This document shows positions 50,561 through 61,772 of a stretch of DNA of 64,000 nt, piece by piece. The stretch comes from Acidimicrobiales bacterium. GTDB lineage: Bacteria; Actinomycetota; Acidimicrobiia; Acidimicrobiales; SZUA-35. The notes under the pieces are model-generated. The model did not search any database. It was not told the origin of the DNA and saw only the letters and a list, made by a program, of their open reading frames with translations. How positions within the stretch are numbered: position 1 is the first letter of the stretch; the number at the start of each line of letters is the position of its first letter. The stretch lies in assembly GCA_965216675.1 (NCBI GenBank), contig CBDCGK010000004.1:455692-519691 (forward strand), read 5' to 3'. The position numbers and the translations under genes are program-made.

Positions 50561-51392
50561 CGTCACCGAGATCGCCCGACCAGGGTCCGAATCGGTTACC
50601 GACCGGCCGCTGACCGTGGCCGGCCTGACCAGAATCCTCGAGCACCTCTATGTGCGCACACCGGCCAAGTACCGGTCCGTGCTGATCTCGGGGCTCGTGA
50701 GCCCGATCTTCTTTCTGGGCCTGCTCGGACTCGGACTCGGCTCCCTGGTCGACGATCGGCAGGGCAGCACGGCAACGCTCGGTACATCCAGCTACATCGA
50801 GTTCATCGGCCCCGGCCTCCTGGCCATCTCCGCCGTGCTGTGGGCCTTCGGCCAGAGCCTGTGGCCGACCGCCGGCGAGCTGAAATGGGATCGCACCTAC
50901 CTGCTGACGGCCGTCACGCCGGTCAGCAAGGCCGAGATCGCCGTCGCCCATGTCGCGTGGATCGCCATCCGGTTCACCGCGGCGGCCGTCCTGTTCACCA
51001 TCGTCCTGGCCGCAGCGGGCGCGGTCAGCTCGTGGTGGGCGGTTCTCGCCCCTCTGTCGGCCGGAGCCACCGCACTCGTGCTCTCCTCGATCATCTGCGG
51101 CTTCACGGTGAGACAGGAGAACGAGGACACATTCGCAATGTTGCTACGCCTGGGTGCCATCCCCATGTTCCTGTTCTCCGGCGCCTTCTTCCCCCTGTCC
51201 GAAGTGCCGGCGGGCGTGGCCTGGCTGGCCAGGCTCACGCCGGGCTGGCACGGCGTCGAACTGTGTCGTGATCTGGCCCGGGGCGCAGTCGATGCCAGCG
51301 TGATCGTCCACCTCGGCTACTTCGCCGTCGTCGGCACCGCCGGGATGGTCTATGCCATCACCGGCTTCCAACAAGCGTTGGCGGACGGGTAG
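50553..51392 (+). CDS. ABC-2 type transporter permease, subunit 1
   Basis: Six hydrophobic segments. TTG 50553 is preceded by GGGAGGA and overlaps the ATPase stop. Two different permease genes imply a heterodimeric membrane unit. Confidence 0.75.
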   Translation: MSSVTEIARPGSESVTDRPLTVAGLTRILEHLYVRTPAKYRSVLISGLVSPIFFLGLLGLGLGSLVDDRQGSTATLGTSSYIEFIGPGLLAISAVLWAFGQSLWPTAGELKWDRTYLLTAVTPVSKAEIAVAHVAWIAIRFTAAAVLFTIVLAAAGAVSSWWAVLAPLSAGATALVLSSIICGFTVRQENEDTFAMLLRLGAIPMFLFSGAFFPLSEVPAGVAWLARLTPGWHGVELCRDLARGAVDASVIVHLGYFAVVGTAGMVYAITGFQQALADG

Positions 51393-51395
51393 ATC

Positions 51396-52232
51396 GTGTC
51401 CGACTCGATGCTTCGGTCCACACGGTCGATCCCATCCGCGGTCGTCGACGAAAACCGTTCCGTACCCGGCGTGTTCACCGGCATGACGCGGGTCTTCCAA
51501 CACAACCTGGTGGCGTACCGACGGATGTGGCTCACCCTGGCCAGCGGCATCTTCGAGCCGCTCATGTACCTGCTCGGCATGGGCTACGGCATGGGGGCCA
51601 TCATCGGCGACCTGTCCTTCCGTGACGAGGTCGTCACCTACGCCGCGTTCATCGGGCCGGGGTTGATGGCGTCTTCGGCGATGAACGGCACGCTCTTCGA
51701 CACCACCTACAACTTCTTCTTCAAACTCCGCGAGTCACGCCAGTACGACGGCATGCTGGTCACGCCGTTGACGATCGGCGGGCTCGTCGGGGGCGAGCTG
51801 GCCTGGGCCGTGGCCCGCGGCGCCATCTACTCGGCGTTCTTCGTTGCCACCCTCATCGGGCTGGATCTGGCCGAGCCCCTGCATGCCCTGTCGGCCTGGC
51901 CGGCAACCCTGCTGACCGGCTGGGCTTTCGGCGCCGTGGGGGCGACGCTGACCAGCTACGCCCGGGCCTGGACCGACTTCGACATGATGGATCTGATCGT
52001 CCAACCGATGTTCCTGGCTTCGACGGCGTTCTTCCCGCTGGCCGTGTTCCCCGAGTCGGTGCAGCCGATCGTCTGGGCCACTCCCCTGTTCCACGCCGTC
52101 GACCTGACCAGGGCACTGGCACTCGGCAGCGCCGGGTGGGGCGACCTCGTCCACGTCGCCTACCTGACGATCATGGGTCTCGTTTTCGGCATGCTCGCCC
52201 GCCGGCGCCTTCATCGGCTCCTGCTGAGCTGA
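51396..52232 (+). CDS. ABC-2 type transporter permease, subunit 2
   Basis: Six hydrophobic segments. GTG start 3 nt after the previous stop. Confidence 0.75.
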   Translation: MSDSMLRSTRSIPSAVVDENRSVPGVFTGMTRVFQHNLVAYRRMWLTLASGIFEPLMYLLGMGYGMGAIIGDLSFRDEVVTYAAFIGPGLMASSAMNGTLFDTTYNFFFKLRESRQYDGMLVTPLTIGGLVGGELAWAVARGAIYSAFFVATLIGLDLAEPLHALSAWPATLLTGWAFGAVGATLTSYARAWTDFDMMDLIVQPMFLASTAFFPLAVFPESVQPIVWATPLFHAVDLTRALALGSAGWGDLVHVAYLTIMGLVFGMLARRRLHRLLLS

Positions 52233-52254
52233 TGAGTCGAAGCGAGGTCAGGAG

Positions 52255-52941
52255 TTGCGGCCGCCGCCGGCGACGGCCATCCTGACCGACGTGGATGTCT
52301 CCAAAGCGGTCGACCAACGAATGTCCTGTCGAGCCTTCCTCGACACGCCCGTACCGGACGACACCCTGGCCGAGCTGTTGACGAAGGCGGCCCGTTCGCC
52401 GTCCGGGGGCAACGTGCAGCCGTGGAAGATCTACGTCGTCAACGGCGAGTCGATGGAGCGGTTCCAGGCCTTACTCGCCGATCGGGACATCGAGGAGCCG
52501 GGCTACGACATCTACCCGCCGTCACTGTGGGAACCGCACCGCACCGCCCGCTATGAACTCGGCGAGCAGATGTATTCGCTGTTGGGCATCGAGCGGGACG
52601 ACAAGGCCGGCCGGATCGCCCGGATGATGGACAACTACCGGTTCTTCGGTGCCCCGGCGGCGATCTTCTGTTTCCTCGACCGGCGTATGCTGCCACCACA
52701 GTGGTCGGACTGCGGCATGTTTCTCCAGACGCTCATGCTGCTGTGTGAAGAGGCCGGCCTGTCGACGTGCCCCCAAGAGATCTGGACCAACCGCTCCCGA
52801 GCCGTCACCGAGTTCGTCGGCGCACCGGAGGAGCTGATGCTGTTCTGCGGTATGGCCATCGGCCACGCCGACGAGGACCATCCGGTCAACGCACTGCGTT
52901 CCGAGCGGCTGCCGCTGGAGTCGTTCGCCCAATGGGTCTGA
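52255..52941 (+). CDS. Nitroreductase-family flavoprotein
   Basis: RMSCRAFLDTPVPDDTL..LLTKAARSPSGGNVQPWK is the classical nitroreductase N-terminal motif, with C-terminal FCGMAIGHAD. Confidence 0.8.
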   Translation: MRPPPATAILTDVDVSKAVDQRMSCRAFLDTPVPDDTLAELLTKAARSPSGGNVQPWKIYVVNGESMERFQALLADRDIEEPGYDIYPPSLWEPHRTARYELGEQMYSLLGIERDDKAGRIARMMDNYRFFGAPAAIFCFLDRRMLPPQWSDCGMFLQTLMLLCEEAGLSTCPQEIWTNRSRAVTEFVGAPEELMLFCGMAIGHADEDHPVNALRSERLPLESFAQWV

Positions 52942-52942
52942 G

Positions 52943-54037
52943 GTGATCGATCGCCCGACGGTCGACATCTACGAACGACAGGCCGAGTCGTGGGCCGAAC
53001 GACGGGCGCCCCGCCATCTCGACGCCCTCGCATGGCTCGAAGATCGGCGGCTCGGCGAACTGCCCGTCGTCGATCTGGGCTGCGGACCGGGCTGGCATCT
53101 CGAACCGCTGCAGCGACCTGCCATCGGATTGGACGCAGCGTCGGCGATGCTGGCGATCGCTCGACAGCGCACCACCGCACCTCTGGTGCAGGCGTCGGTC
53201 GGTGCCCTCCCGTTCGCCGACCGCTCACTCGGCGGGGCGGTGGCCAGCCGGGTCCACACTCACCTGCCGGCAGTCGACAACCCGATGGCGCTGGCCGATC
53301 TGCATCGGTGCCTCGACACCGACGCCCCGGTCATCTTCGACTTCGTGTCACAGGCCGACGATGGAACCGAGCCGGCCCGGTCGGGGGCCGACCTGATCAG
53401 CGACCAGCCCTTTCCGGGCCGGCTGATCTCCGCCTGGTCCGATACGGGACTGCACGATCTCCTCGAGGGCGCCGGTTTCTCAGCGGAGACGATCGACGAC
53501 TCGCGGGCGGGTCTCCGGGCCGTCAGGGCCCACCGCCGCTTGACGCTCCCGGACACCGTCGGCCCGAACATGGCCGTTCTGATGTGCGGACTCAATCCTT
53601 CGATCCATGCGGCCGAGGCCGGTGTCGGGTTCGTGACCGCCAGCAACCGCTTCTGGCGGGGTGCGGTGGCAGCAGGACTGGTGTCGACCGAACGGGATGC
53701 AGTCGATGCGCTCGGTCGCCATCACATCGGAATGACCGACCTGGTGAAGCGGGCCACCCGCCGGGCCGACGAGCTCGGCGCCGACGAGTACCGGGCCGGC
53801 TTGGCCCGGGTCGAGCGGCTGGTGGGGTGGCTGCAGCCAGGGGTGGTTTGCTTCGTCGGGCTGTCCGGGTGGCGGGTGGCCGTCGACCGCACGGCCTCAG
53901 CCGGCCTCCAGGCCACCGGGTTGGCGGGCCGCCCCGTCTATGTGATGCCGAGCACCAGCGGACTCAACGCTCATTGCCAACTACCGGATGTGATTGCGCA
54001 CTTGACCGAGGTGCGCCGTCTCTCAACCCAGGTCTAA
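52943..54037 (+). CDS. Fusion protein: class I SAM-dependent methyltransferase (N-terminal) plus Mug/TDG-family mismatch-specific uracil-DNA glycosylase (C-terminal)
   Basis: The N-terminal VVDLGCGPGWHL is SAM motif I. The C-terminal VLMCGLNPSIHAAEAGVGFVTASNRFW parallels E. coli Mug (GINPGLSS...NRFW), and VYVMPSTSGLNA parallels Mug (LPNPSGLS). GTG start 1 nt after the nitroreductase stop. Confidence 0.75.
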   Translation: MIDRPTVDIYERQAESWAERRAPRHLDALAWLEDRRLGELPVVDLGCGPGWHLEPLQRPAIGLDAASAMLAIARQRTTAPLVQASVGALPFADRSLGGAVASRVHTHLPAVDNPMALADLHRCLDTDAPVIFDFVSQADDGTEPARSGADLISDQPFPGRLISAWSDTGLHDLLEGAGFSAETIDDSRAGLRAVRAHRRLTLPDTVGPNMAVLMCGLNPSIHAAEAGVGFVTASNRFWRGAVAAGLVSTERDAVDALGRHHIGMTDLVKRATRRADELGADEYRAGLARVERLVGWLQPGVVCFVGLSGWRVAVDRTASAGLQATGLAGRPVYVMPSTSGLNAHCQLPDVIAHLTEVRRLSTQV

Positions 54038-55689
54038 GTCCATGTGTGATCGGAGCACGTCGAGACCGACGGACCCGATCGCCAGCAGATTTGCGTGAAA
54101 CGCCTTCAGGTCGAAGTCGGCTCGACTGCTGTGCTCGGTTCGTAGATCGAGGATGGCCTGCTCCCCCACCTTGTACGAGATCGCCTGCCCGGGCCAGCCG
54201 AAGTAGCGAATGACCTCCGACTCGGCCTCATCGGGCCGTAGCAGGGCCCGGGTTCGCAGAAGCTCATAGGCCAGGTCGTAGGTCCACGTCTCACCGGGGT
54301 GGAAGCTGACGGTCTCGGGAATCGGCAGCCCGAGGTGCACCCCGATGTCGATGGCGACCCGGCACGACCGGAACATCTGGCTGGCCAGCAGCCCGACCCG
54401 GTACTCGGGACGCTCCAGGTAACCGAGTTCGTCCATGAACCGCTCGGCGTACAGCGCCCAACCCTCGCCGGAACCGGGGTACCAGACCCAGGTGCGATGG
54501 AAGCGGGACAGGCGTTCGCCCTGGGAGACCTGCACCCCGACCTGCAGGTGGTGGCCGGGGAACCCCTCGTGGTAGGCGGTGGTGATCTCCTGGAACAACG
54601 GCAGAAAGTTCTTCCCCTCGATCGGATACCAGATCGAGCCCGGCCGGGAGAAGTCCTCGGACGGCCCGACGTATGACGCCGCCGAGGCGCCGCCGGCCGG
54701 TTCGACCTGCACGTTGATCGTCTTGATCGGCTCCGGCACGTCGAAGTGGGAACCGTCGAGCTGCTCCAGGGCCTGCATCTGACGGTCCTTCATGAACGCG
54801 ATGAACTCGTCGGTGGAGGTCATGGCGTAGGCCGGATCGGTCATCAACATCTCGAAGACCTCCGACGACGATTTGGTCGAGTCGATCTCCGCCGCCACGA
54901 GCCTGATCTCGTCCCAGAGGCGTTCCACCTCCTGCCAGCCCCAGGCATAGGTCTCCTCCAGGTCGAGCGACGTGCCGAGATAGAGCCCGGCCAGCATGGC
55001 ATAGCGGTCGCGCCCGACCGCATCGGCTTCGGGGGCGTCAGGGGCGTAGGTCGTTTCGAGGTAGCCGTTGAACTCGGCGAAGGCCGCCTTGGCCGGTCGG
55101 CTGCCGAACGCGCGTCGGCGGTGAACGCTTCGGACGCCTTTCCCCACGCGGTGAGTCTGTCGATGAGCTGGTCGTAGCTGGAGTCGGGTCCGGAAGCCAT
55201 CCGCCCTTGTTCGATGACCGCTTCGACCTGTCGGCGGGCGACGGCCAGCCCCTTCGCCCGTCCCGCCTCGAGCGACCGCCGATAACCGTCGAGCGCGGCC
55301 GGCACGGTCTGCAGGCGGCTCAGGACGGCTTCCCACCCCTCCCGGGAGCCGGTGTCGTGGGAGCCGAAGACCATTCGCAGATCCTGGTGGGCGCTGACGA
55401 TGTTGTTCAGGTCGCGGAGGTGCTCCTCGGCGTCGGCCAAGGTCGCAACCATCTTGCACTCGTCGAGCAGCACGTCCTGAGCCAGTCGGTCGCGGTCGTT
55501 TCCGATGTCGCAGGCTCGAGCCCGCCGCTCGATGTCGGCCCAGACACCGGCCCGCTGTTCATAGCCTTCGGGCGACAAGTCGGGCCAGCGGTGATCGTGA
55601 CCGGACACCCCGGCCATGGTGGCATTGACGGGATCGGCGGCAGCGGCCAGGTCGGTGGCCTCGTCACTCAGCGCGAAGATGTCGGTCAT
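54023..55689 (-). pseudogene. DUF885-family (metallopeptidase-like, HEGFPGHH) gene interrupted by a single frameshift near 55090-55115
   Basis: ORF 54844..55689 encodes a sensible N-terminal ~195 aa and then turns into Arg/Pro/Ser junk. ORF 54023..55459 is junk for ~120 aa and then encodes a sensible C-terminal ~360 aa (AKAAFAEFNGYLE...HEGFPGHHLQ...). The two good parts abut in frames offset by one nucleotide. Confidence 0.7.
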
Positions 55690-55793
55690 CTCGCCAGCCT
55701 ATGGGCAAGGGATGCCGGGAGGAAGTGTTTCCGGAACGCGAAACCTCACCAAATCGGGCCCGAGGCGACAGCCGCCGGAGGTACTCTGCGGGT

Positions 55794-57545
<1,752 letters not shown>

Positions 57546-57790
57546 GGCCAGGCCGCGGCAGACTGTCGACAACGTGGGCCGTTCAACGTTGGAGCGAATT
57601 CGCTCAGCACAACCTGGCGTCGATGGCCCGCAATGAGCGTGACCGTCAGGGTCAGCGATGGCCAGCGCCCTGAGGGTCCACGAGGCGTCCGCCGGCGATC
57701 GGCAGCTCTGATGTGCACCCACCGAGGAGTCGAGGAACTCGACACGCTCGGTCCAGCGGATGACACCAAGATAGCGTCGGCACCCAAGCC

Positions 57791-58279
57791 GTGACGAGAT
57801 CGGCGTCGATGCCAGCGGGACATTCGGCCCATACTGGATGCGTGGAGATCCGTGAGATCGGCTCGGACAACGTCCATCAGCTTGTTGCGCTCTTCGCTGC
57901 CGTACAGCCGGATTCACCGACGGCATCATCGCGGCCGACCAACGGACCGCTTACGTTCCTGGAGGATCCGAGCTCGTTCGCCCTTGGCGCCTACCTGGAG
58001 GATCAGCCGGTTGGGTTGGCCTGGGGACTGCAGATGCGGTCCCCGAGCGGACGTCTCACCAGCTACTTACACGAGCTCTTTGTTCATGAGGACTGGCGGC
58101 GACGCGGAATTGGTGGGGGTCTGGTCACTGCAGCCATGGCACTTGCCCGGCAGAACGGCTCTACGAAGTTCTGGCTTTCGACCGGGTCACACAACCAACC
58201 TGCCCGAGCGCTCTATGAGAATCTCAATGGCGACCGCAAACCGCTCGGCGATGTGAACTACTGGTGGGACCTCACATAG
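57791..58279 (+). CDS. GNAT-family N-acetyltransferase
   Basis: HELFVHEDWRRRGIGGGLVTAAMALARQNGSTKFWLSTGSHNQPARALYENLNG is acetyl-CoA-binding motif A (R-x-x-G-x-G). The start is uncertain (GTG 57791, ATG 57809 or GTG 57842). Confidence 0.7.
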   Translation: MTRSASMPAGHSAHTGCVEIREIGSDNVHQLVALFAAVQPDSPTASSRPTNGPLTFLEDPSSFALGAYLEDQPVGLAWGLQMRSPSGRLTSYLHELFVHEDWRRRGIGGGLVTAAMALARQNGSTKFWLSTGSHNQPARALYENLNGDRKPLGDVNYWWDLT

Positions 58280-58512
58280 CACCACCCCGTCGGTGATCGT
58301 CCTACTCAGCTAGCGTATTCCGCGTCACATAGATCGCCTGTGACCACCAACAGATTGCTGCCGCATCACCGCCAATTCGCTGAGACGTTGAACGGCGACC
58401 CACACATCGAGCCGACCCGGCCGACCGACCACACGCACCGCCACGAGCACACATCGGCGGACCGTCGATCACCCGGTAGCGCTCGATCGGGCGGCGGTCC
58501 TATGATCGGCCC

Positions 58513-60837
58513 ATGACAGCCGTTGACGTTCCTCGCTTCGACCGGGCCGACGGTCCGGACAAGGTCACCGGAAGCGGGCGCTACGCCGCCGATCTGGTCC
58601 TTCCCGGCATGTTGTGGGCCAAGTTCCGCTACGCCGACCACCCCCACGCCCGCATCGTCTCCCTCGACACCGCGGCGGCGAAGGCGATGCCCGGTGTACT
58701 GGCGGTGTTGACCGCCGACGACGTGCCCGACGTGCGTTACTCGGCCGGTGTCGCCGACCGGCGGCTCTTCGCCCGCGATGTCGTACGGTTCGAAGGGGAG
58801 GTCGTCGCCGCCGTGGCCGCCACCTCGGCCGAAGCGGCCGCCGCAGCCGCCGATGCCATCGAGGTCGTCTACGAACCGCTACCTGCCGTGACCGACCCGG
58901 AGGCGGCTCTGGAGGTCGACAGCCCGCTCGTCCACCCCGACTGGGCGAGCTACGACGCCGACGACGAAACCGTGCGCAACGGCAACACGGCGTCGTTCTC
59001 GTCGATTTCCCGAGGCGACGCCGAGACGGCCATGGCCGACGCCCACACGGTGGTGTCAAGCCGCTACGTGGCCGACGCCAGCCACGCCGTGCCCATCGAA
59101 CCCCGGGCCATCGTGGCCCAATGGGAGGGAAACCGGGTCACCATCCACAGCTCGACCCAAGTGCCCTACAACGCCCGCGCCGGCGTCTGCCAGACGCTGG
59201 GTCTGCCGACGAACCGGGTCCGCGTGATCGTTCCCCACTTGGGCGGAGGATTCGGCGGAAAATGCGGGTTCCACTACGAGGCCCACATCGCCGCGCTGGC
59301 CCGGGCGGCCAAACGACCGGTCAAGCTGGTGTTCAGCCGCCGGGAGGAGTTCCTGGCCCCCGACCGGCGACGTGAGGGCATGGTCGTCGAGATCACCACC
59401 GGCCTCGACACCGAGGGCTCCATCGTGGCCCGTACCGGCCGCCTCGTCATCGACAACGGCGCCTACATCGCCGACGCTGCGTTCTTCCCCCAGATCGCGG
59501 CCATGCACGTGGCCGGCCCCTACCGGACACCGAACCTCCATGTCGACGCCCACCTGGTCTACACCAACCACCAGCCGTCGGGCTCGGTCCGGGCCCCCAC
59601 CGCACCACAAGCCTGCTGGGCCCTCGAATCCCACACCGACGAATTGGCCCGTGCCATCGACATGGATCCGGTCGAGTTCCGGCGACGCAACATCGTGACC
59701 GACGGATCGGTCGGTCCGGCGGGCCAGACCTACGGTGACATCGGTCTGGCCGACTGCCTCGACAGCGCAGTCGAGCGAATCGGCTACGAGTCGGCCGCCG
59801 ACAGCGATGGCGGCAACGACAGCAACAGCGAGGGCGACAGGGATGAGGCGATCGGCGTGGCCGTCGGGTGGTGGCCCAGCTTCCCCGGCGCTTCCGGCGC
59901 CTACGTCCGCATCGACGACGACGGCAAGGGTCAGATCGTCACCGGCGCCCAGGAGTGCGGGACCGGCGCCGTGATGACGCTCCGCAATCTGGCCGCTGAC
60001 GAGCTCGGCATGGAGCCGACCGACTTCGAGATCGTCTACCAGGACACGGCGGCCGCCCCCTACGACACCGGCGCCACCGGATCACAGACCCTCCTCAACA
60101 ACGGGAGGGCCGTGGTCGAGGCGTCACAGCAGGTGGCGGCCCAGCTCAAGGCTCTGGCCGCCGAGCATCTTGAGGCCGCCGTCGGTGACATCATCCTGGC
60201 CGATGGCGCCGCCTCGGTGGCCGGCAGTCCGACCGCGTCCATCCCGATCGCCGATCTGGCGGCCGAGGCGGCCGGTGGTGAACTGCTCCTCGGAGCCGGG
60301 TCCGGCACCCCGGGCGAGTATCCCAGTCTGGACGGCGCGACCTGCATCGGCGATCACGGGGTGGCGGCTTGGGCCTCCCCCCAATTCTCGTGCCACGCCG
60401 TGCGGATCCGCCTCGATCGTGACACCGGCGTGGTGCGGGTGCTCGAGGTGGCGGCAGCCCACGACTCCGGCACGATCATCAACCCGATGGGCGCACTCGG
60501 GCAAGTGCACGGCGGGATCATGATGGGCATCGGTCAAGCCCTCACCGAGGGCACCGTCTACGATGACGACGGCCGCCAGCGCAACCCCATGCTCCTCGAA
60601 TACAAGCTGCAGACGGCAGCCGACGGGCCGGATATCACCGTCGAATTCGTCCAGCCCGGCACACCGGGTCAGGGCCCGAAGGGGGCTAAAGGGCTGGCCG
60701 AGGCACCGAACGTGGCCACGGCCGCCGCCATCGCCAACGCCGTCACCAAACTCGTCGGCAGCCCGGTCCGGCAGCTCCCCATGACGGCGGAACGGGTTTG
60801 GAACACACTCCGAGAGACGGCGGGAGACGCCCGATGA
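58513..60837 (+). CDS. Molybdopterin-binding large subunit of a xanthine dehydrogenase / aldehyde oxidase / CoxL-family hydroxylase
   Basis: DGPDKVTGSGRYAADL, VPHLGGGFGGK, RAPTAPQACWALESH and GAKGLAEAP are typical of the XDH-family Mo-pterin subunit. Confidence 0.9.
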   Translation: MTAVDVPRFDRADGPDKVTGSGRYAADLVLPGMLWAKFRYADHPHARIVSLDTAAAKAMPGVLAVLTADDVPDVRYSAGVADRRLFARDVVRFEGEVVAAVAATSAEAAAAAADAIEVVYEPLPAVTDPEAALEVDSPLVHPDWASYDADDETVRNGNTASFSSISRGDAETAMADAHTVVSSRYVADASHAVPIEPRAIVAQWEGNRVTIHSSTQVPYNARAGVCQTLGLPTNRVRVIVPHLGGGFGGKCGFHYEAHIAALARAAKRPVKLVFSRREEFLAPDRRREGMVVEITTGLDTEGSIVARTGRLVIDNGAYIADAAFFPQIAAMHVAGPYRTPNLHVDAHLVYTNHQPSGSVRAPTAPQACWALESHTDELARAIDMDPVEFRRRNIVTDGSVGPAGQTYGDIGLADCLDSAVERIGYESAADSDGGNDSNSEGDRDEAIGVAVGWWPSFPGASGAYVRIDDDGKGQIVTGAQECGTGAVMTLRNLAADELGMEPTDFEIVYQDTAAAPYDTGATGSQTLLNNGRAVVEASQQVAAQLKALAAEHLEAAVGDIILADGAASVAGSPTASIPIADLAAEAAGGELLLGAGSGTPGEYPSLDGATCIGDHGVAAWASPQFSCHAVRIRLDRDTGVVRVLEVAAAHDSGTIINPMGALGQVHGGIMMGIGQALTEGTVYDDDGRQRNPMLLEYKLQTAADGPDITVEFVQPGTPGQGPKGAKGLAEAPNVATAAAIANAVTKLVGSPVRQLPMTAERVWNTLRETAGDAR

Positions 60838-61772
60838 GCTTCACCATCGCAACGACGGTCGACGAGGCCATCTCCTCGATGGCCGACGGGGCCCGGGTCG
60901 TGGCCGGCGGCACCGACCTGGTGGTCGGTCACCGTCAGGGAAAGGCCCCACTCCCCGACCGGATCGTGGCCATCGATCGGATCGACGATCTACGCACTAT
61001 CGAACCCGATGGCGACAGCGGCGAACTCCGCATCGGGGCGCTGGTCAGCCACGCCGATCTGATGACCGACGAGACGGTCGTCGGCGCCTACACCGCCCTG
61101 GCCGACGGGGCCGCGTTGATCGGCTCACCCGCCACCCGCGCCACCGGCACGATCGGCGGCAACATCATGAACGCATCCCCGGCGATGGACACCGGAGCGC
61201 CCCTCGTCGTGTTAGGGGCCCGATTCGAATTGGTCTCCGGGCGGGGGACACGGGTCGTCGATCCCAACGAGCTGTGGACGGGCCCCGGCACCACATCGGC
61301 CGCGGCCGACGAGCTGCTGACCGCCTGCGTCCTCCCGGCCCGATCGCAGGCGCCGTCCGGGCCGTCGGGCAGCGCATACGTCAGGCTCGAGTATCGGAGG
61401 GCGATGGAGATCGCAGTTGTCGGGGCGGCCGCCTCGGTGACCCTCGACGGCAGCGGGCTCGTCACCTCGGCCCGGGTGGCCCTGACCGCCGTTGCCCCCA
61501 CGATCGTGGAGGTCACCGACCTCGGCGATCTCACCGGACGCCCGGTCGACGACGACCTCCTCGCCACCGTGGCGGCGACGGCCGCCGAACAGGCCAACCC
61601 CATCTCCGACCTCCGGGCCAGCGACGCCTATCGCCGTCACACCGTCGGCGTCATGGCCCGGCGGGCCGTGGCCGCAGCAGCGGCCCGAGCCCGAGGTGAG
61701 GACATTGCCGTACCCGTCAACCGCTCCGCCGGCATCGGCGCAGCCGCCACGATCACGGGAGGTTCCCGATGA
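60834..61772 (+). CDS. FAD-binding medium subunit (CoxM/XdhB-like) of the molybdenum hydroxylase
   Basis: ARVVAGGTDLVV, GSPATRATGTIGGNIMNASPA and SDLRASDAYRRH. ATGA overlap with the large-subunit gene. Confidence 0.85.
   Translation: MSFTIATTVDEAISSMADGARVVAGGTDLVVGHRQGKAPLPDRIVAIDRIDDLRTIEPDGDSGELRIGALVSHADLMTDETVVGAYTALADGAALIGSPATRATGTIGGNIMNASPAMDTGAPLVVLGARFELVSGRGTRVVDPNELWTGPGTTSAAADELLTACVLPARSQAPSGPSGSAYVRLEYRRAMEIAVVGAAASVTLDGSGLVTSARVALTAVAPTIVEVTDLGDLTGRPVDDDLLATVAATAAEQANPISDLRASDAYRRHTVGVMARRAVAAAAARARGEDIAVPVNRSAGIGAAATITGGSR

Noticed and set aside
55085-55120. Programmed -1 ribosomal frameshifting at the DUF885 junction
   Set aside because: There is no X XXY YYZ slippery heptamer and no obvious downstream pseudoknot. 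The junction is a plain G/C-rich stretch (GACCGGCCAAGGCGG) where an indel or sequencing error is more likely.
54844-55689. Treating 54844..55689 and 54023..55459 as two separate overlapping genes
   Set aside because: Each ORF is half sensible DUF885 sequence and half compositional junk, and the sensible halves abut at one point. A single frameshifted gene explains both.
57546-57790. ORFs 57422..57877 (-), 57474..57929 (-) and 57485..57673 (+) in the glnS-GNAT spacer, and a possible tRNA-like or terminator hairpin GAGCGAATTCGCTC (57590-57603)
   Set aside because: The translations are compositionally non-protein-like and overlap the ends of real genes. The hairpin has only a 5-bp stem and no cloverleaf context. 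The region may hold a decayed gene remnant, but I cannot support any call.
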